Shown here: positions 40,128 through 53,290 of the stretch, piece by piece
Layout: each line of letters begins with the position of its first letter
Numbering within the stretch: position 1 is the stretch's first letter
NCBI GenBank assembly: GCA_951406725.2
Contig: OX597829.1
Location: 22,382,001 to 22,446,000, forward strand
Direction of reading: 5' to 3'
DNA: 64,000 nt
DNA from: Octopus vulgaris
Taxonomy: Eukaryota
The notes under the pieces: generated by a model
The model's input: the letters and a program-made list of their open reading frames with translations, nothing else
What the model was told of the DNA's origin: nothing
Database searches by the model: none
Program-made: the position numbers and the translations under genes

Positions 40128-40457
40128 ACGCATGGCTCAGTGGTTAGAACATCGAGCTTACGATCGGGAGGTTGTGAATTCAAATCCCAGACCAGGCTGT
40201 GTGTTGTGTTCTTGAGCAAGACACTTTATTTCATGTTGCTCCAGTTCACTCAGCTGTAGAAATGAGTTGTGATGTCACAGGTGCCAAGCTGTATTGGCCT
40301 TTGCCTTTCCCTTGGATAACACTGGTGTCATGGAGAGGGGCAGCTGGTATGCATGGGTGACTGCTGGTCTTCCATAAACAACCTTGCCCGGACTTGTGCC
40401 TGAGAGGGTAACTTTCTAGGTGCAATCCCATGGTAAGTCATGACCGAAGGGGGTCTC
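40128..40457 (+). mobile_element. tRNA-derived SINE family C with CORE/V-like central domain
   Basis: A box tggctcagtgg, B-like box gaattcaaatccc, domain gtgttcttgagcaagacactt...cactcagctgtagaaatgag. Second copy at 57143-57447; fragments at about 13840-13980 (+), 14930-15060 (-), 55920-56055 (-). Confidence 0.85.
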
Positions 40458-40554
40458 AGCATTTCTAATATAGGATAAAATTTTTTTCCAAAAGAAAATT
40501 TCCATCAAAATAGCCAGCATATTAAAATAACTTTAAAGGTGAAAACTCTAAACA

Positions 40555-40801
40555 ATTATAAACAAAGGCAAAAGAAAAAAAGATTTCTATGCTTAATATG
40601 CTGAGAATAGACTTTAAATCATCAATCACCACATTACAATATACATTCACCATGAATACGTGTTGTGTCGTGCCTTCCTCGATTTCTGCATGATCTGTAT
40701 TCATGGTGAATGTATATTGTAATGTGGTGATTCACGATTTAAAGTCTATTCTCAGCATATTAAGCATAGAAATCTTTTTTTCTTTTGCCCTTGTTTATAA
40801 T
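40555..40801. repeat. Long inverted repeat (about 104-bp arms, 37-bp spacer)
   Basis: 40556-40659 (ttataaacaaaggcaaaag...ccatgaatac) versus 40697-40800 (gtattcatgg...cttgtttataa), only a few mismatches. Confidence 0.93.
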
Positions 40802-41661
40802 ATTATATATATATATACACACACACACACACATACCCCAATCACTTTATAGAGTGCACTTCTAAATGGGGAGCATTTGAAAAGGGGAAGATGGCTTTAT
40901 GCTGGATGTTGGAAGGATATAAAATAAGATAGAGGGGACAAGCACAGGTGTGAATGACGATGACTTGTTTATATCCTTTGTAAATAATGTGTATAGCAGC
41001 TTGGCAGTTTCAAAACAGAAAATGGTTGCTGTTAGCCAAGGGAAACTGTCTCGGCAAGTCTGATCTAACCCATGCCAGCACATAAAAAGGCGGACATTAA
41101 AAATGATGATGACGATGTTGATAATGATAATGGTTGTAGTTGCGGTATTGATGGTTGATGATGATTATAAGGCGGCGAGCTGGCAGAAACGTTAGCACGC
41201 CAGGCGAAATGCGTAGCCGTATTTCGTCTGCCATTAGGTTCTGAGTTCAAATTCCGCCAAGGCCGACTTGGCCTTTCATCCTTTCGGTGTCGATAAATTA
41301 AGTACCTGTTACGCACTGGGGTCGATGTAATCGACTTAAACCGTTTGTCCTTGTTTGTCCTCTCTGTGTTTAACCCCTTGTGGGTAGTAAAGAAATAGGT
41401 TGATGATGATGATGATGATGATAGCCAACATTTTACAGCAAGTCTTTACTTAATTTGACCCAAAGAGATTTATTACTGAATGAAGTTGGGAGTTTGAAGG
41501 TTACAGAACCAACATGCTACAGGAATATTCATATGTATAACAACAAATAATACACACACACACATATATAATTAACATAATTTTTAATTAATTTAGAACT
41601 AAAGAGATGGGTACCAGCTAATTTAGATAACAATAACAATTCAATTACATTATTTGTCATC

Positions 41662-41696
<35 letters not shown>

Positions 41697-41821
41697 TTTC
41701 GCTCTCGCGTCTCATGTTTGATCTTTGACCTCTGGCCGAAATCAGATCGCCATGTTGATTCGTTAGCTACTGCACGCATTTTTTTTCTCTCCTTCTTTCT
41801 GTGTTTTTTTCTCTCTGTGTA

Positions 41822-41859
41822 TCTTTCTGTTGAAGAGTGTAGGCTCGAAACGTTAAAGA
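41822..41859 (+). ncRNA. Hammerhead-like motif with variant core (CUGUUGA)
   Basis: tcttt-CTGTTGA-a gagt gtag gctc-GAAA-cg-TT-aaaga. Stems I and II form and aacgtt is palindromic, but A6 is replaced by U. A degenerate relative lies at 25736-25774. Confidence 0.5.
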
Positions 41860-41957
41860 CTTGTTTTATTTATATTTCCTGAGCGCCATACTAATACAAT
41901 TGTTCGTTTGTTTTCCACCTGCCTTCGTCTTTTGTCTATTTTCATAAAGCTTCCCGT

Positions 41958-41990
<33 letters not shown>

Positions 41991-44446
41991 TAATATATGT
42001 GTGTGTGTGTATATGTTTGTGTGACTGTGTTTGTCGTTCCCCCCGCCAAAATCACTTGACAACTGATGCTGGTGTGTTTACGTACCCCATAAGTTCTGGG
42101 GTCGATTTGCTTGACTAAAAGATGGTGCTCCAGCATGGCCTCAGTCAAATGACTGAAACAAGTAAGAGAGTAAAAGAGTAAAAGAATATCTACTCTCGGC
42201 ATCAACATGCACACAGATGCACGTGCAGACGCACACACACACACGCACTTGTTTATTTGGGCTGATTCAGTGGTTTAGATAAGCCTAAATATATAAACAT
42301 TTAAATGTCTTCTGTTTCATTAATTACATGCCTTCTATTGTTGCATTGATTACTTCCCTAACAAACGGATAATTATTTACACACATGCATACGTATACAT
42401 GTCTATATGTATGCGTGCAAGTATGAGTGTATATATACATATGTATGTGTGGGTGTGTGTGTATAAGAAAGGAAAATGGAGAACTTGACAGATAGACATC
42501 AATTTATTAACACAACTCCAGAACGTATTATTCTTAATATATGTGTGTATGTATATATATGTGAGTGCTTATCTATTTTTTTATCTATCTATCTATTTAA
42601 TATATATATAGCGCCGCCTCGACTGGCTTCTGTGCCGGTGGCACATAAAAAGCACCATCCAAACTTGGCTGGCTTCCGTGCCGGTGGCACGTTAAAAGCA
42701 CCCACTACACTTGCGGAGCAGTTGGCGTTAGGAAGGGCATCCAGCTGTAGAAACACTGCCAGGTCAGATGGAGCCTGGTGCAGCCCTGGCTTCCCAGACC
42801 CCGGTCGAACCGTCCAACCCATGCTAGCGCGGAAAACGGACGTTAAACGATGATGATGATGATGATGAATGTGTGCATGTGTAAATATGTATAGTATGTA
42901 TATGTATATGTTCTTGACCCCCAAACAGAAGATATACTGTTTTTACTTTAAATTTTTATAAATTTTTACTGATATTTGATAGGATGAGATACATCAAAAC
43001 TGGTAATATTTTTTTAATATAATTTTTTATAAAATTCCCTCTTAAATTGAAATGTCTTAGACTTACTTCTGTGCAATTTCCACCTCCATCTCTTACACAC
43101 ACACACACACACACATATATGCACAAACATATCTGTACATATAAATGTATTTATATGTCTATGCATGTGCTTGTATATATGTATGTATCTGTGTATGTAC
43201 GTATGTGTGTATGTATCTGTGTATGCATGTATGTATTATCTGTCCAATATATGTATGGATAATATTTCTAATGAATTACACTGGTTGAAAATATTTCAAA
43301 CAAAAATATTTCTTCATAAACTTTTTGATATGAATTCTATACTTTAAATTGAGAGGTTCTTATAGTATGAAGAGAAGTCTCACTTGTTTTCATACCAAAA
43401 ATAGTTCATGCTGGAATCAGAACTATGTTCTTCCTAAGATATCTAGACAATAATATAGACACCTTTAATTCTTATAATATATGAAGATAAAATTAAATAA
43501 AACAAATAGATGCAGGCTTCCCAACCACAAGTTTCCGGGTTCAGCCCTACTTTGTTGAAACATGGGGATGTCTTCTACAAGGTGGCATTCCAGTTCAAGG
43601 CGGTTCTCCAACATGGCCACAGTTAAATGATTGAAACAAGTAAAAGAATAGCTTTAGGCCAACCAAAGCCCTGTGAGTGGGTTTGGTAGATGGAAACTGA
43701 AAGAAGCCTGTCATATATATATTATTATACATTCTTTTATTCTTTTACTTGTTTCAGTCATTTGACTGTGGCCCAGCTGGAGCACCACCTTAAAGGGTAT
43801 TAGTCGAAGAAATTTACTCCCGGACTTATTCTTTGTAAGCCTAGTACTTATTCTATAGGTCTCTTTTGCCAAACTGCTAAGTTACAGGGACACAAACACA
43901 CCAGCAAGTGATGTTGGGGGGGGGGGGCAAACACAGACAAAGATATATATATATATATGACAGGCTTCTTCCAGTTTCTGTCTACCAAATCCACTCACAA
44001 GGCTTTAGTTGACCCAAGGCTATAGTAGAAGATGCCTGCCCAAAGGACCACACAGTGGAAGTGAACCTGGAACCATGTGGTTGGGAAGCAAGCTTCTTAC
44101 CACACAGCCATGCCTGCGCCTATATATACACACACACACACAAACACATATATACATACATATACATGTGTGTGTGTGTTTTTGTGTATGTATGTGTGTG
44201 TCCTTGCATATACCCCTGCCACTGTTTGACAACCAATGTTGGTTTGTTTGCATCCCTCTATCTTAGCAATCTGGCAAAAGGATCTGACAGAATAAGGGGT
44301 AGGTTTTAAAGAAAAAATAACAACAAAAAAAGGGGGTAGAGTTGTTCAACTAAAACTCTTCAAGTTGGTGCCCCAGCATGGCCACAGCCCAATGTCCAAG
44401 ACAATAAAAGAAAGAAGAATTGTAGAAAATAAAATTGTCTACATAC

Positions 44447-44498
44447 CATTAATATCACTGTTACTCTGCCATGCTTCCAAAATAAGTGTGTAGGAATT
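44447..44498 (-). CDS. JAG1: Serrate/Jagged-like Notch ligand, internal coding exon (C2/MNNL domain; equivalent to JAG1 exon 3)
   Basis: Minus strand reads ttgttcattgcag|AATTCCTACACACTTATTTTGGAAGCATGGCAGAGTAACAGTGATATTAATG|gtatgt, encoding NSYTLILEAWQSNSDIN(G), similar to JAG1 RSYTLLVEAWDSSND. 52 nt, phase 0 to 1, splices in frame to the 29731 exon. This frame is not in the ORF track. Confidence 0.9.
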
Positions 44499-44764
44499 CT
44501 GCAATGAACAACAGAAATAAGAATATAATTTATACACACACACATATATATACATATATACATACGTGTACACAAATACAAATGTATGTGTGTGTATATA
44601 TATTTATTTATATATACACACACATACATATATATATATACATAAATATACATAAACACACACACACACACATGCACAAATACACACTTCTATATATGTA
44701 CATACATATTTTAAAATATACAGAAACGTATAACACACCACACAAGCACATATACAAATGTATG

Positions 44765-44798
<34 letters not shown>

Positions 44799-44815
44799 TG
44801 CACACACAGAAGCAC

Positions 44816-44846
<31 letters not shown>

Positions 44847-45470
44847 CACAGAAGCACATATATATACACACACAGAAGCACATATACATATATATATATA
44901 TACACATACACAGAAACACATATATATATACACACAGAGAAGCACATATACAAATATGAATAAATATATATGCACATTTATAAATATACATGTATATGTA
45001 AATAAATGCGCGCACACACACACACACACACACATATATGCATGCACACACGTGCACATATACATTCAATACAGGTGGATGAAATGATATGAAATGCAGA
45101 GATTCTATATACACGGAAGTGAGAATAATAAGTGTTGTAATAGCAAAAGAATTAGCAATAGTGGTGGTTTTGTTGGCAACGGCAGTAGTGGTGGCCATCC
45201 ATTCGTATCTGATGAATGCCATTTAACCTGATGTTTTACGATCTGTTACTGATGAGCTCTCTGATGGCTCTTCAAACTGCTAGAGAGGTTCATAGCACTC
45301 AAGAAATTTGGCAAGATCAGTTCTTCACAATTGGCCATCAGCCCACTTAAAGGGGCAGTGTGTATAGCTCTTTTAGAAACAAGCTTTTAATTGTAGAAAC
45401 CATGCTACAATGTCCACGGTGTTTGATCTCATAAATATACATACCTGTATATATATATATATTCACACAG

Positions 45471-45514
<44 letters not shown>

Positions 45515-45947
45515 TCTCTTTTATTCTTTTATACGTTTCAGTCAATTTGACAGTGGCCATGCTGCAGCACAACCTTAGAGGGGTTTTTAGACAAAGAAAT
45601 CATCACCAGGACTTATTCTTTGTAAACCTAGTACTTACTCTATGGGTCTCTTTTCGTGAACTTCTAATTTACGGGGGACATAAACACACCAACACCAGTT
45701 TGTCAAGTGGTGATAGAGGAACAAACACAGAAACAAAGAGAAACACACAGATACACACACACACATGATGGGCTTCTTTCAGTTTCTGCCAACTAATTCC
45801 AATTAAAAGGCTTTGGTCAGCTCAGGGCTGTAGTAGAAGACACTTGCCCAAGGTGCCACACAGGGGGACTGAAACCAGAACCATGTGGTTGGGAAGCAAG
45901 CTTCTTATCACATAGCTATGCCTGCACTTATATGATATATATATCTA

Positions 45948-45982
<35 letters not shown>

Positions 45983-46627
45983 ATATATATATATATATAT
46001 ATATATGTTTGTTTCTTTTTGTGTTACAATAATAACAGTTTTACATTAAATTGAAAGACTACTCATTACATTTGGTAGAGTAAAGATTTATTATTCTTTA
46101 ACAAGATTAATATTGATAGTGACTTTGAAGTTTCAGATAGCTAAAGTCATCATCAGAATCTCTATGGTCAGATGCCATTCAGTTGTTTTCAAATAAGCAA
46201 CATGTGGACAACTGCAAATAAAACCACATGATTTGTATGAATGGAGAGGCTTGGGTTTTTGTAATCAATCTGCACACAAACACATGTGCATGTGTTAGTG
46301 TGTGTGTGAAAGACTTTTTTCAGTTCCTGTCTATAAAATTTCACTCATAAAGTATCGGTCAATCTGCAGCTGTATAGTAGGTGATAACAGCCGACAGTGT
46401 CTCAGCAGTGGGGTAAGACTAAACCCAAATCCATGTGGTTCGGAAGTGAACTTCTTAAACCACACAGTCATACCTGTATCTCTTTCTCTCCCTCTTACTC
46501 ATTCTGTCTGTCTGTCTTTCATTACACACACACACAGATACACTATCCAACATGTGCCAGTATGGAAAAATGGATATTAAATGATGGTATACATATGGGC
46601 TGAACTCTACACTGTTTATATATATAT

Positions 46628-46890
46628 ATATTATATTAATTAGAGACAAAACCACTATTATGCAAATCAAACAAAGAAAGACTTAAGCCAATACATAAAA
46701 AATTTTATATAAAACTTGCAAAGAAGGTTTTGAAACCACCTGAAGAATGTCTCATAGAAGTGCTGACACGAAACGATCGTAGTGGTTATTTTAATTATAT
46801 TTAATTTATATAAAATTTTTTATGTATTGGCTTAAGTCTTTCTTTGTTTGATTTGCATAATAGTGGTTTTGTCTCTAATTAATATAATAT
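46628..46890. repeat. Inverted repeat (86-bp arms) enclosing a hammerhead; probable Penelope-like remnant with inverted pseudo-LTR
   Basis: 46628-46713 is the reverse complement of 46805-46890; element sequence continues to about 46967; (TA)n on both sides. Confidence 0.9.
46734..46787 (+). ncRNA. Type I hammerhead ribozyme motif, Penelope-like with palindromic stem III
   Basis: aaccac-CTGAAGA-a tgtc...gaca c-GAAA-cgatcg-TA-gtggtt. Stem I is 6 bp, both core boxes are intact, stem III is the self-complementary cgatcg, and the cleavage triplet is GUA. Confidence 0.85.
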
Positions 46891-47604
46891 TTTACTATAA
46901 AATTGGATTCAATCCTAAATCTGATTTTTCCCTGTAAATTTGGATTCATTGCCTAATATTTATTATTATATATATATATATATATGGATTAGAATATCAC
47001 CTGATTGGATATATAATCTATTTATCGCATGCACACACTTAAGAAACATACACACACCTTCACCAAGAACATACACACACACTCATGAACACACACAAAC
47101 ATGCATGCACATACATGCACAAACAAGCATGCATGCACATACCTGTGCACACATATGCACACACACACATGCAATTCACAGCAACTGTCTGTACTGGATA
47201 TTGACTTAGTGTTTGTGTTGTCACGGCGAAAGTAAATTGGTTTTTTTTTTTTTTTCTTTCTTTCTAAATCGGTAAAACTGACACAAATGAATACTTGCTT
47301 CTCCTCTACACAGCAATGACATGTCTGTAGAATTGGTAGATTCCTTGTTCTTATCTAACATACCGGATAGACTACTAGGTGTTAACCACTTACTTGCTTT
47401 ATACAAGTGTCATTAATATGCTTTAAGAAAAGATAAAAGAAAAAAGAAAAAAAAAGAGAAAAAAACTTCTATCGAGCATTCTCTCAAGAAACAAGCTTCA
47501 CTTTGTCCCAAATATTCTCTCTTACTGAATGTATGCCTTCCCATATATATATATATATATATATGCTAGGATGGAAAGCGGACGTTAAACGATGATGATG
47601 ATGA

Positions 47605-47648
<44 letters not shown>

Positions 47649-48288
47649 TGGGTTGGGAGGGGTATATCATGCAGGTGGGTACTATGGTGGCTCTCAGTTA
47701 TGTTCTAGATTATGGCTAACTGCATTGATTAGTATTCAACATCTATGACGACTATTAGTTGTCAGTCATGCTGTAAATAATAAAATATGAATAACTCTTG
47801 AGGACGAACAAGTCTCCATATTCTATATTGTTATAATTATTGCTTCTTAAATATATGCATATATATATATGTATGTGCATATATATATATATATATATAG
47901 TGAGAGAGAGAGAGAGAGAAGACATGTCAAGTGAAATCATAGACATGATCAAAGCCAGTGTTGTCTGACTGGCACATTAAAAGCACTGTTCAAGCATTGA
48001 GCCTCACAGAGGCAGTGAGAGGTGGTCAAAACCTTTGGCAATAGACTATGCTTGTGAAGACCTGTCGAGAAACGCGAGATCATAGTCATGCCTAATGCTG
48101 GTGTCATGTCAATGGCACCCATGCTGGTGGCATGTGAAAAGCACCCACTACACTCTCGGAATGGTTAGTATTAGGAAGGGCATCCAGCCGTAGAAAACCA
48201 TGCCAAATCAGACAGGAATCCCAAGCTTGCCAGTTTTGCAGTCAAACCATCCAAGCCATGCCAACATGTTAAGTGGATGTCAAAATGA

Positions 48289-48328
<40 letters not shown>

Positions 48329-48760
48329 GAGGGGTGTATGAAAAGTCTTGAGCCTCAAAAAAAAAAAAAAAAACATGGTACAAGACTTCTGATGACGTAA
48401 TGAAGGTACAACACTTCAATGCTCAAAACTTTTCATACACCCCTCATATATAAGTGTGTGTGTGTGTATGTATGTATGTATATATGTCAAGACAAGTGTA
48501 AAATACACACACACACACACACATATAAAACACCCACTTTTCCATGTTCACATGGGTTACATCCCTTGAACACAGCATTTCTGCATTCATATATATATAT
48601 ACACACATAGGCACAGGAGTGGGTGTGGTAAGTAGCTTGCTTACAAAGCACATGGTTCTGGGTGGCACATGGTTCTGCGTGGCACCTTGGTCTTCTAGCT
48701 TCGGGCTGATCAAAGCCTTGTCAGTGGATTTGGTAGATGGAAACTGAAAGAAGCTCGTCA

Positions 48761-48822
<62 letters not shown>

Positions 48823-49612
48823 TAGATAGATAGATTGATAGATAGATATTCATACATATATATAGTGCAAGCATGCCTGAGTGGTTAAAAAGCTTGCTTT
48901 CTAGCCACATGGGTCTAGGTTCAATTCCAGTGCACAACACCTGTGGTAAGTATCTGCTACTGAAGCTGTCTTGACAAACTGAAAGCCTGAGTAGATTTAG
49001 TAGACAGAAGCTGAAGAACATTAGCTCTGTGTGTGTGTATGTGTGTCTTTGTGTTTGTCTTCTGCTACTGTTTGACAACTAGTGTTGGTTTGTTCACATC
49101 CCCACAACATAGCAGTTTGGGAAAAGAGACCAACAGAATAAGAACTATATTTAAAAAACAAAAACAAGCACAAGGATTGATTTTGTTTCCAACTAAAACC
49201 TTCAAGGAGATGCTACAGCATGGCCACAGTTCAATGACAAAAACAAGTAAAAGATAACTCATTGTTAAATAGAGTTTATTGTTGTAGCGAAGAGACTATG
49301 CTTTCTCTGCGTTAGAGGATTTATCAGACACTAATATTATAAATCACTGGGTGCAGCATAAATTATTTTGAAATACTTTTTCTTGGTGATTCAGAACTTT
49401 CAAATCAAATTTGACTGCAATGTTTTGAAATTAAAAAGAAAAAATAATAATAATAAATAAAACAGAGGGAACAAATGAGCTCGCAATGAAGAAAGTATTC
49501 AGATGAATGTGTAAAATATAGTTAAGACGAAAACATTGAGTAACATAGAGAAGAAAACTAACAGAAAGAGGCACGAGATATTAAAACTATAACTAGCTAA
49601 AAGATGGTTAAG

Positions 49613-49664
<52 letters not shown>

Positions 49665-49824
49665 TACGCACACACATACGACATACAACTACACGTCACT
49701 TCCTGGTTTGAATTTCAGTGTTAATTTCAACTTGCTGCCTGCCTGATGGCAACGTTGTAAAGATAATGGAAAAGATGGGGTGGGGGTAAGGCAACCTTTT
49801 GGTTTACTTTGGTTATATATATAG

Positions 49825-49863
<39 letters not shown>

Positions 49864-49974
49864 TATATATAAAGATATATGTGTATATATATATAAATAA
49901 GGATATATTTATCCTTATTTATATATATATATATACACACACACATATATCTTTATATATATATATATCTTTAT

Positions 49975-50009
<35 letters not shown>

Positions 50010-50172
50010 TCTTTATATATATATATTTACCCTTTGCGTAGTCATTGAATTTACAAATTTTAAAAAAGAGATCTTCCATATTTTTATTTGCTCTAGATAT
50101 GAAATTGTGTGGGTAAAAGAACCAAAACATTCTTCCATAACATCCTACAGTGTAGGCTGTGTGTGTGTACAT

Positions 50173-50203
<31 letters not shown>

Positions 50204-50261
50204 ATGTATATATCTACATATGTACATGTATACATATGTATATATATATATATATGTATAC

Positions 50262-50306
<45 letters not shown>

Positions 50307-50449
50307 TGTATATATCTACATATGTACATGTATACCTATGTATATGTACATTTATATATTTATATATATATACATGTATATGTATATACCTATATGTATA
50401 TGTTTATATCTATGTGTATGTATGTTTGCATATATGTTTGTAGGCATGG

Positions 50450-50767
50450 ATCAATATCTGTGTTGGCACAGCAGAACCTATTCCTATAGAGAATGGTGTC
50501 ACACAGGGTGGCATCCTTGCCCCAGCTCTCTTTACCTTGTATTTTGTTGTTACTCTCATTCATACATTTGCTGTGGATTGCTCTCCTGGGGCATATGTAA
50601 CGTATGAAACATCTGGTTATCTCTTTAACCTGTGTTCATTTGTTGCCAATCCAAAAGTGTTTCTCTTGCTTAGTTGTGACCTTTACACAGATGATTGCAA
50701 CTTAGTTCCTTGCACAGTCAAAGATATTCAAATTCTTTGGATCACATATGTGTACATACAAGAATGA
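50450..50767 (+). mobile_element. Degenerate RTE-like reverse transcriptase fragment
   Basis: Open frame extending ORF 50537 upstream: [24 protein letters not shown]...YETSGYLFNL...DLYTDDCNLV. Matches the non-LTR RT motifs GVxQGxxLxPxLF and (Y/F)ADD, with the RTE-type GxLFNL insert. Confidence 0.8.
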
Positions 50768-51147
50768 ATACATAGCTATATATGCCATCACAATGATTGT
50801 TTGAATATCTGATTTTCTTCTTTGAAACAATTTCACAATTCTTAAGCACAACATCATATTGTAAATTATATCAAAACATGGCATCTCATCTGCATTCACT
50901 CCACTCCATCCCCTACCAAAATAAAAACATACATATATATATGCATACAGCTAATTCTACTTCATAATAACCATTACTATTATTATTATTATTATTTATA
51001 TATATATATATACATATATATATAGCTTCAGTAAAAGCAATTAAGATTCAAGTGAGTTCCAATGAATTCACATGAATGCGGTACTTAACTTAGATGCACC
51101 AGAAATCTATATGGTATTAACCATAAAATAATGTGGGGTGATTATAA

Positions 51148-51289
51148 ACAAGAAAAAAGCAACAAGAATGGATTGTACAATTGTTTCATACGAAGAACAG
51201 CTTTATTAAAAGCTGCAAATAATAAAGCTGTTCTTCGTATGAAACAATTGCACTGAACAACTTATCCATTCTTGTTGCTTTTTTCTTGT
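51148..51289. repeat. Inverted repeat with an arm indel, within a (TA)n-flanked element (about 51020-51290)
   Basis: acaagaaaaaagcaacaagaatggat...caattgtttcatacgaagaacagctttatta versus taataaagctgttcttcgtatgaaacaattg...atccattcttgttgcttttttcttgt. Confidence 0.9.
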
Positions 51290-51298
51290 GTATATATG

Positions 51299-51401
<103 letters not shown>

Positions 51402-52018
51402 TAAGTCATGACGGATACTGGTACCATGCAACTGGCACCTGTGCTGGTGGCATGTTAAAGCACCCATTACACTCTCAGAGTGGTTGGCATTAAGAAGGGC
51501 ATCCAGCCATAGAAACCATACCAAATCAGACTGGAGTCCATGCCATCCAACCCATGCCAGCATGGACAACAGATGTTAAGTGATGATGATGATGATGATG
51601 ATATGTAAAACAAAACAGGAAGTTGGAAAAGCTCTGGTATTTATTCTCCATTGCATAAGTTTCATTTGCTAATAGGAATGCACATGTTGGAAAAATACGT
51701 GAGGAATCTATTAGAAATTCTTCTCAACAAATGCACGGCTGCTTTCCTTCTTCAGGGAGTCAATACAATAAGTAGTGAAGTTGGTCCAGGCAGAATTTGA
51801 ACTCAGAACAGAAAGGTATGTAAATTAAATAATGGCAAAGCAGTTTATGCATGGCTCTACTAATTCTTCCATGAAAACTGAACGAAATTAGAGGTAGCAG
51901 CCAAATCTATCTCAAATCACATCTTAACATCTTAAGAAAAAGAAACAAAATAGAAAAAAACATACCAGAGAAGGACAAAATGGAATAAAGAGGACAAGAG
52001 GAAACATATAGGTCAGAG

Positions 52019-52063
52019 GGTCACTGATGAGGTCACAGAACATGTGATGAAAGAACTTTGATT
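52019..52063 (+). ncRNA. Possible degenerate hammerhead motif
   Basis: ggtca-CTGATGA-g gtcaca gaaca tgtgat-GAAA-gaac-TT-tgatt. Stem II is 6 bp; stems I and III are weak. Confidence 0.35.
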
Positions 52064-53060
52064 GGTGTATAAACTAAATGTAATACAAATAAAAACTAAC
52101 TGAAGAATCAATAGTGTGTGCGTATAATTGGCAAAAAACAAAGAAAAAAATATAACAAAAAAAAAAGAAGCAAATAACACAAGGGACATACTAGATAAAG
52201 CAGTCCTAGATATAAGATATATCCAAATTATACACAAGATGATCATGGCTAGAATGTCTCATATAGATTTGCTGGAGGATCGATTATAACAACAACAATA
52301 ACAAAATTTAATTAAAATTTTTTGAAATGAATCCTTTCCATAGTGTCCAACATACTCCCTCGTTTCAACTGATAAGTCTTTAGATTAATTTAGTTGGTGA
52401 GCTTGAACTCTATATGACATGTGACAGCTGTTGTGTTCCTACCATATTTTCTTTTGTAGAAATGAAATGGATGGGTGTTTAAGAGGGATTGGAACAACAA
52501 AGTAAGAGGTTTTGAGTTCAAATCTACTACAGGTTATCATTAGTACAAGGTAGCCCAAAAGTCACTGAGAAGTTGATAATTCTTTTATTTTTTGACTATT
52601 TACTTTTTTTACAGGGATTTTATGGACAAGGTCCTGGAAATTAATTATGGAATAATATGACACCACACAATGCACCCAAGTGGTGAAAGTGTTCTATCAA
52701 AATCAAGGGTCAATTATTCAAACCCAGAGATCATGTTGTCAGCACTTTCAAGTGAAAGATGCTCCAAGTGTATATTTATGAATAGAACACTATATTATTT
52801 CATATTACCTCTCAATCCACCCAGCTATCAATATTGGGTACCAAATCAATTAATGTATTAACATTATTGGCGATTATATTACCACAACCCACCTGGGTAT
52901 TCCAAACATGCAACCATCATGTCTTTCAGTTAGACATTCTGTACCTAGGGCTACATATTTAACATCTTTCTAGGGTTTTTTTTTTTTTGATTTTTTTGTA
53001 GAAAAAAACAAAAAAGCAATTATTACACAACGTAAGCTGAAGATCTGACTATTATATCTA

Positions 53061-53290
53061 GCGGTGAGCTGGCAGAACCGTTAGCGCGCCGGGCGAAATG
53101 CTTAGCGGTATTTAGTCTGTCGTTACGTTCTGAGTTCAAATTCCGCCGAGGTTGACTTTGCCTTTCATCCTTTCGGGGTCGATAAATAAAGTACCAGTTT
53201 CGTACTGGGGTCGATGTAATTGACTTAATCCCTTTGTCTGTCCTTGTTGGTCCCCTCTGTGTTTAGCCCCTTGTGGGCAATAAAGAAATA
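53061..53290 (+). mobile_element. tRNA-derived SINE family B (representative copy)
   Basis: gagctggcagaaccgttagc...B box gagttcaaattcc...gcctttcatcctttcggggtcgataaa...aagtaccag. Copies on + at about 436-650, 36046-36308, 41169-41399; on - at about 3979-4198, 15230-15428, 20823-21041, 27330-27542, 30078-30291, 30541-30756, 31985-32180. Confidence 0.9.

Noticed and set aside
40128-40200. tRNA gene
   Set aside because: A and B boxes continue into a multi-copy SINE body with no complete cloverleaf.
49863-49962. Foldback around ataaggata/tatccttat, and the short inverted repeat at 37769-37847
   Set aside because: Mostly self-complementary TA microsatellite or short AT-rich arms; too little information to interpret.
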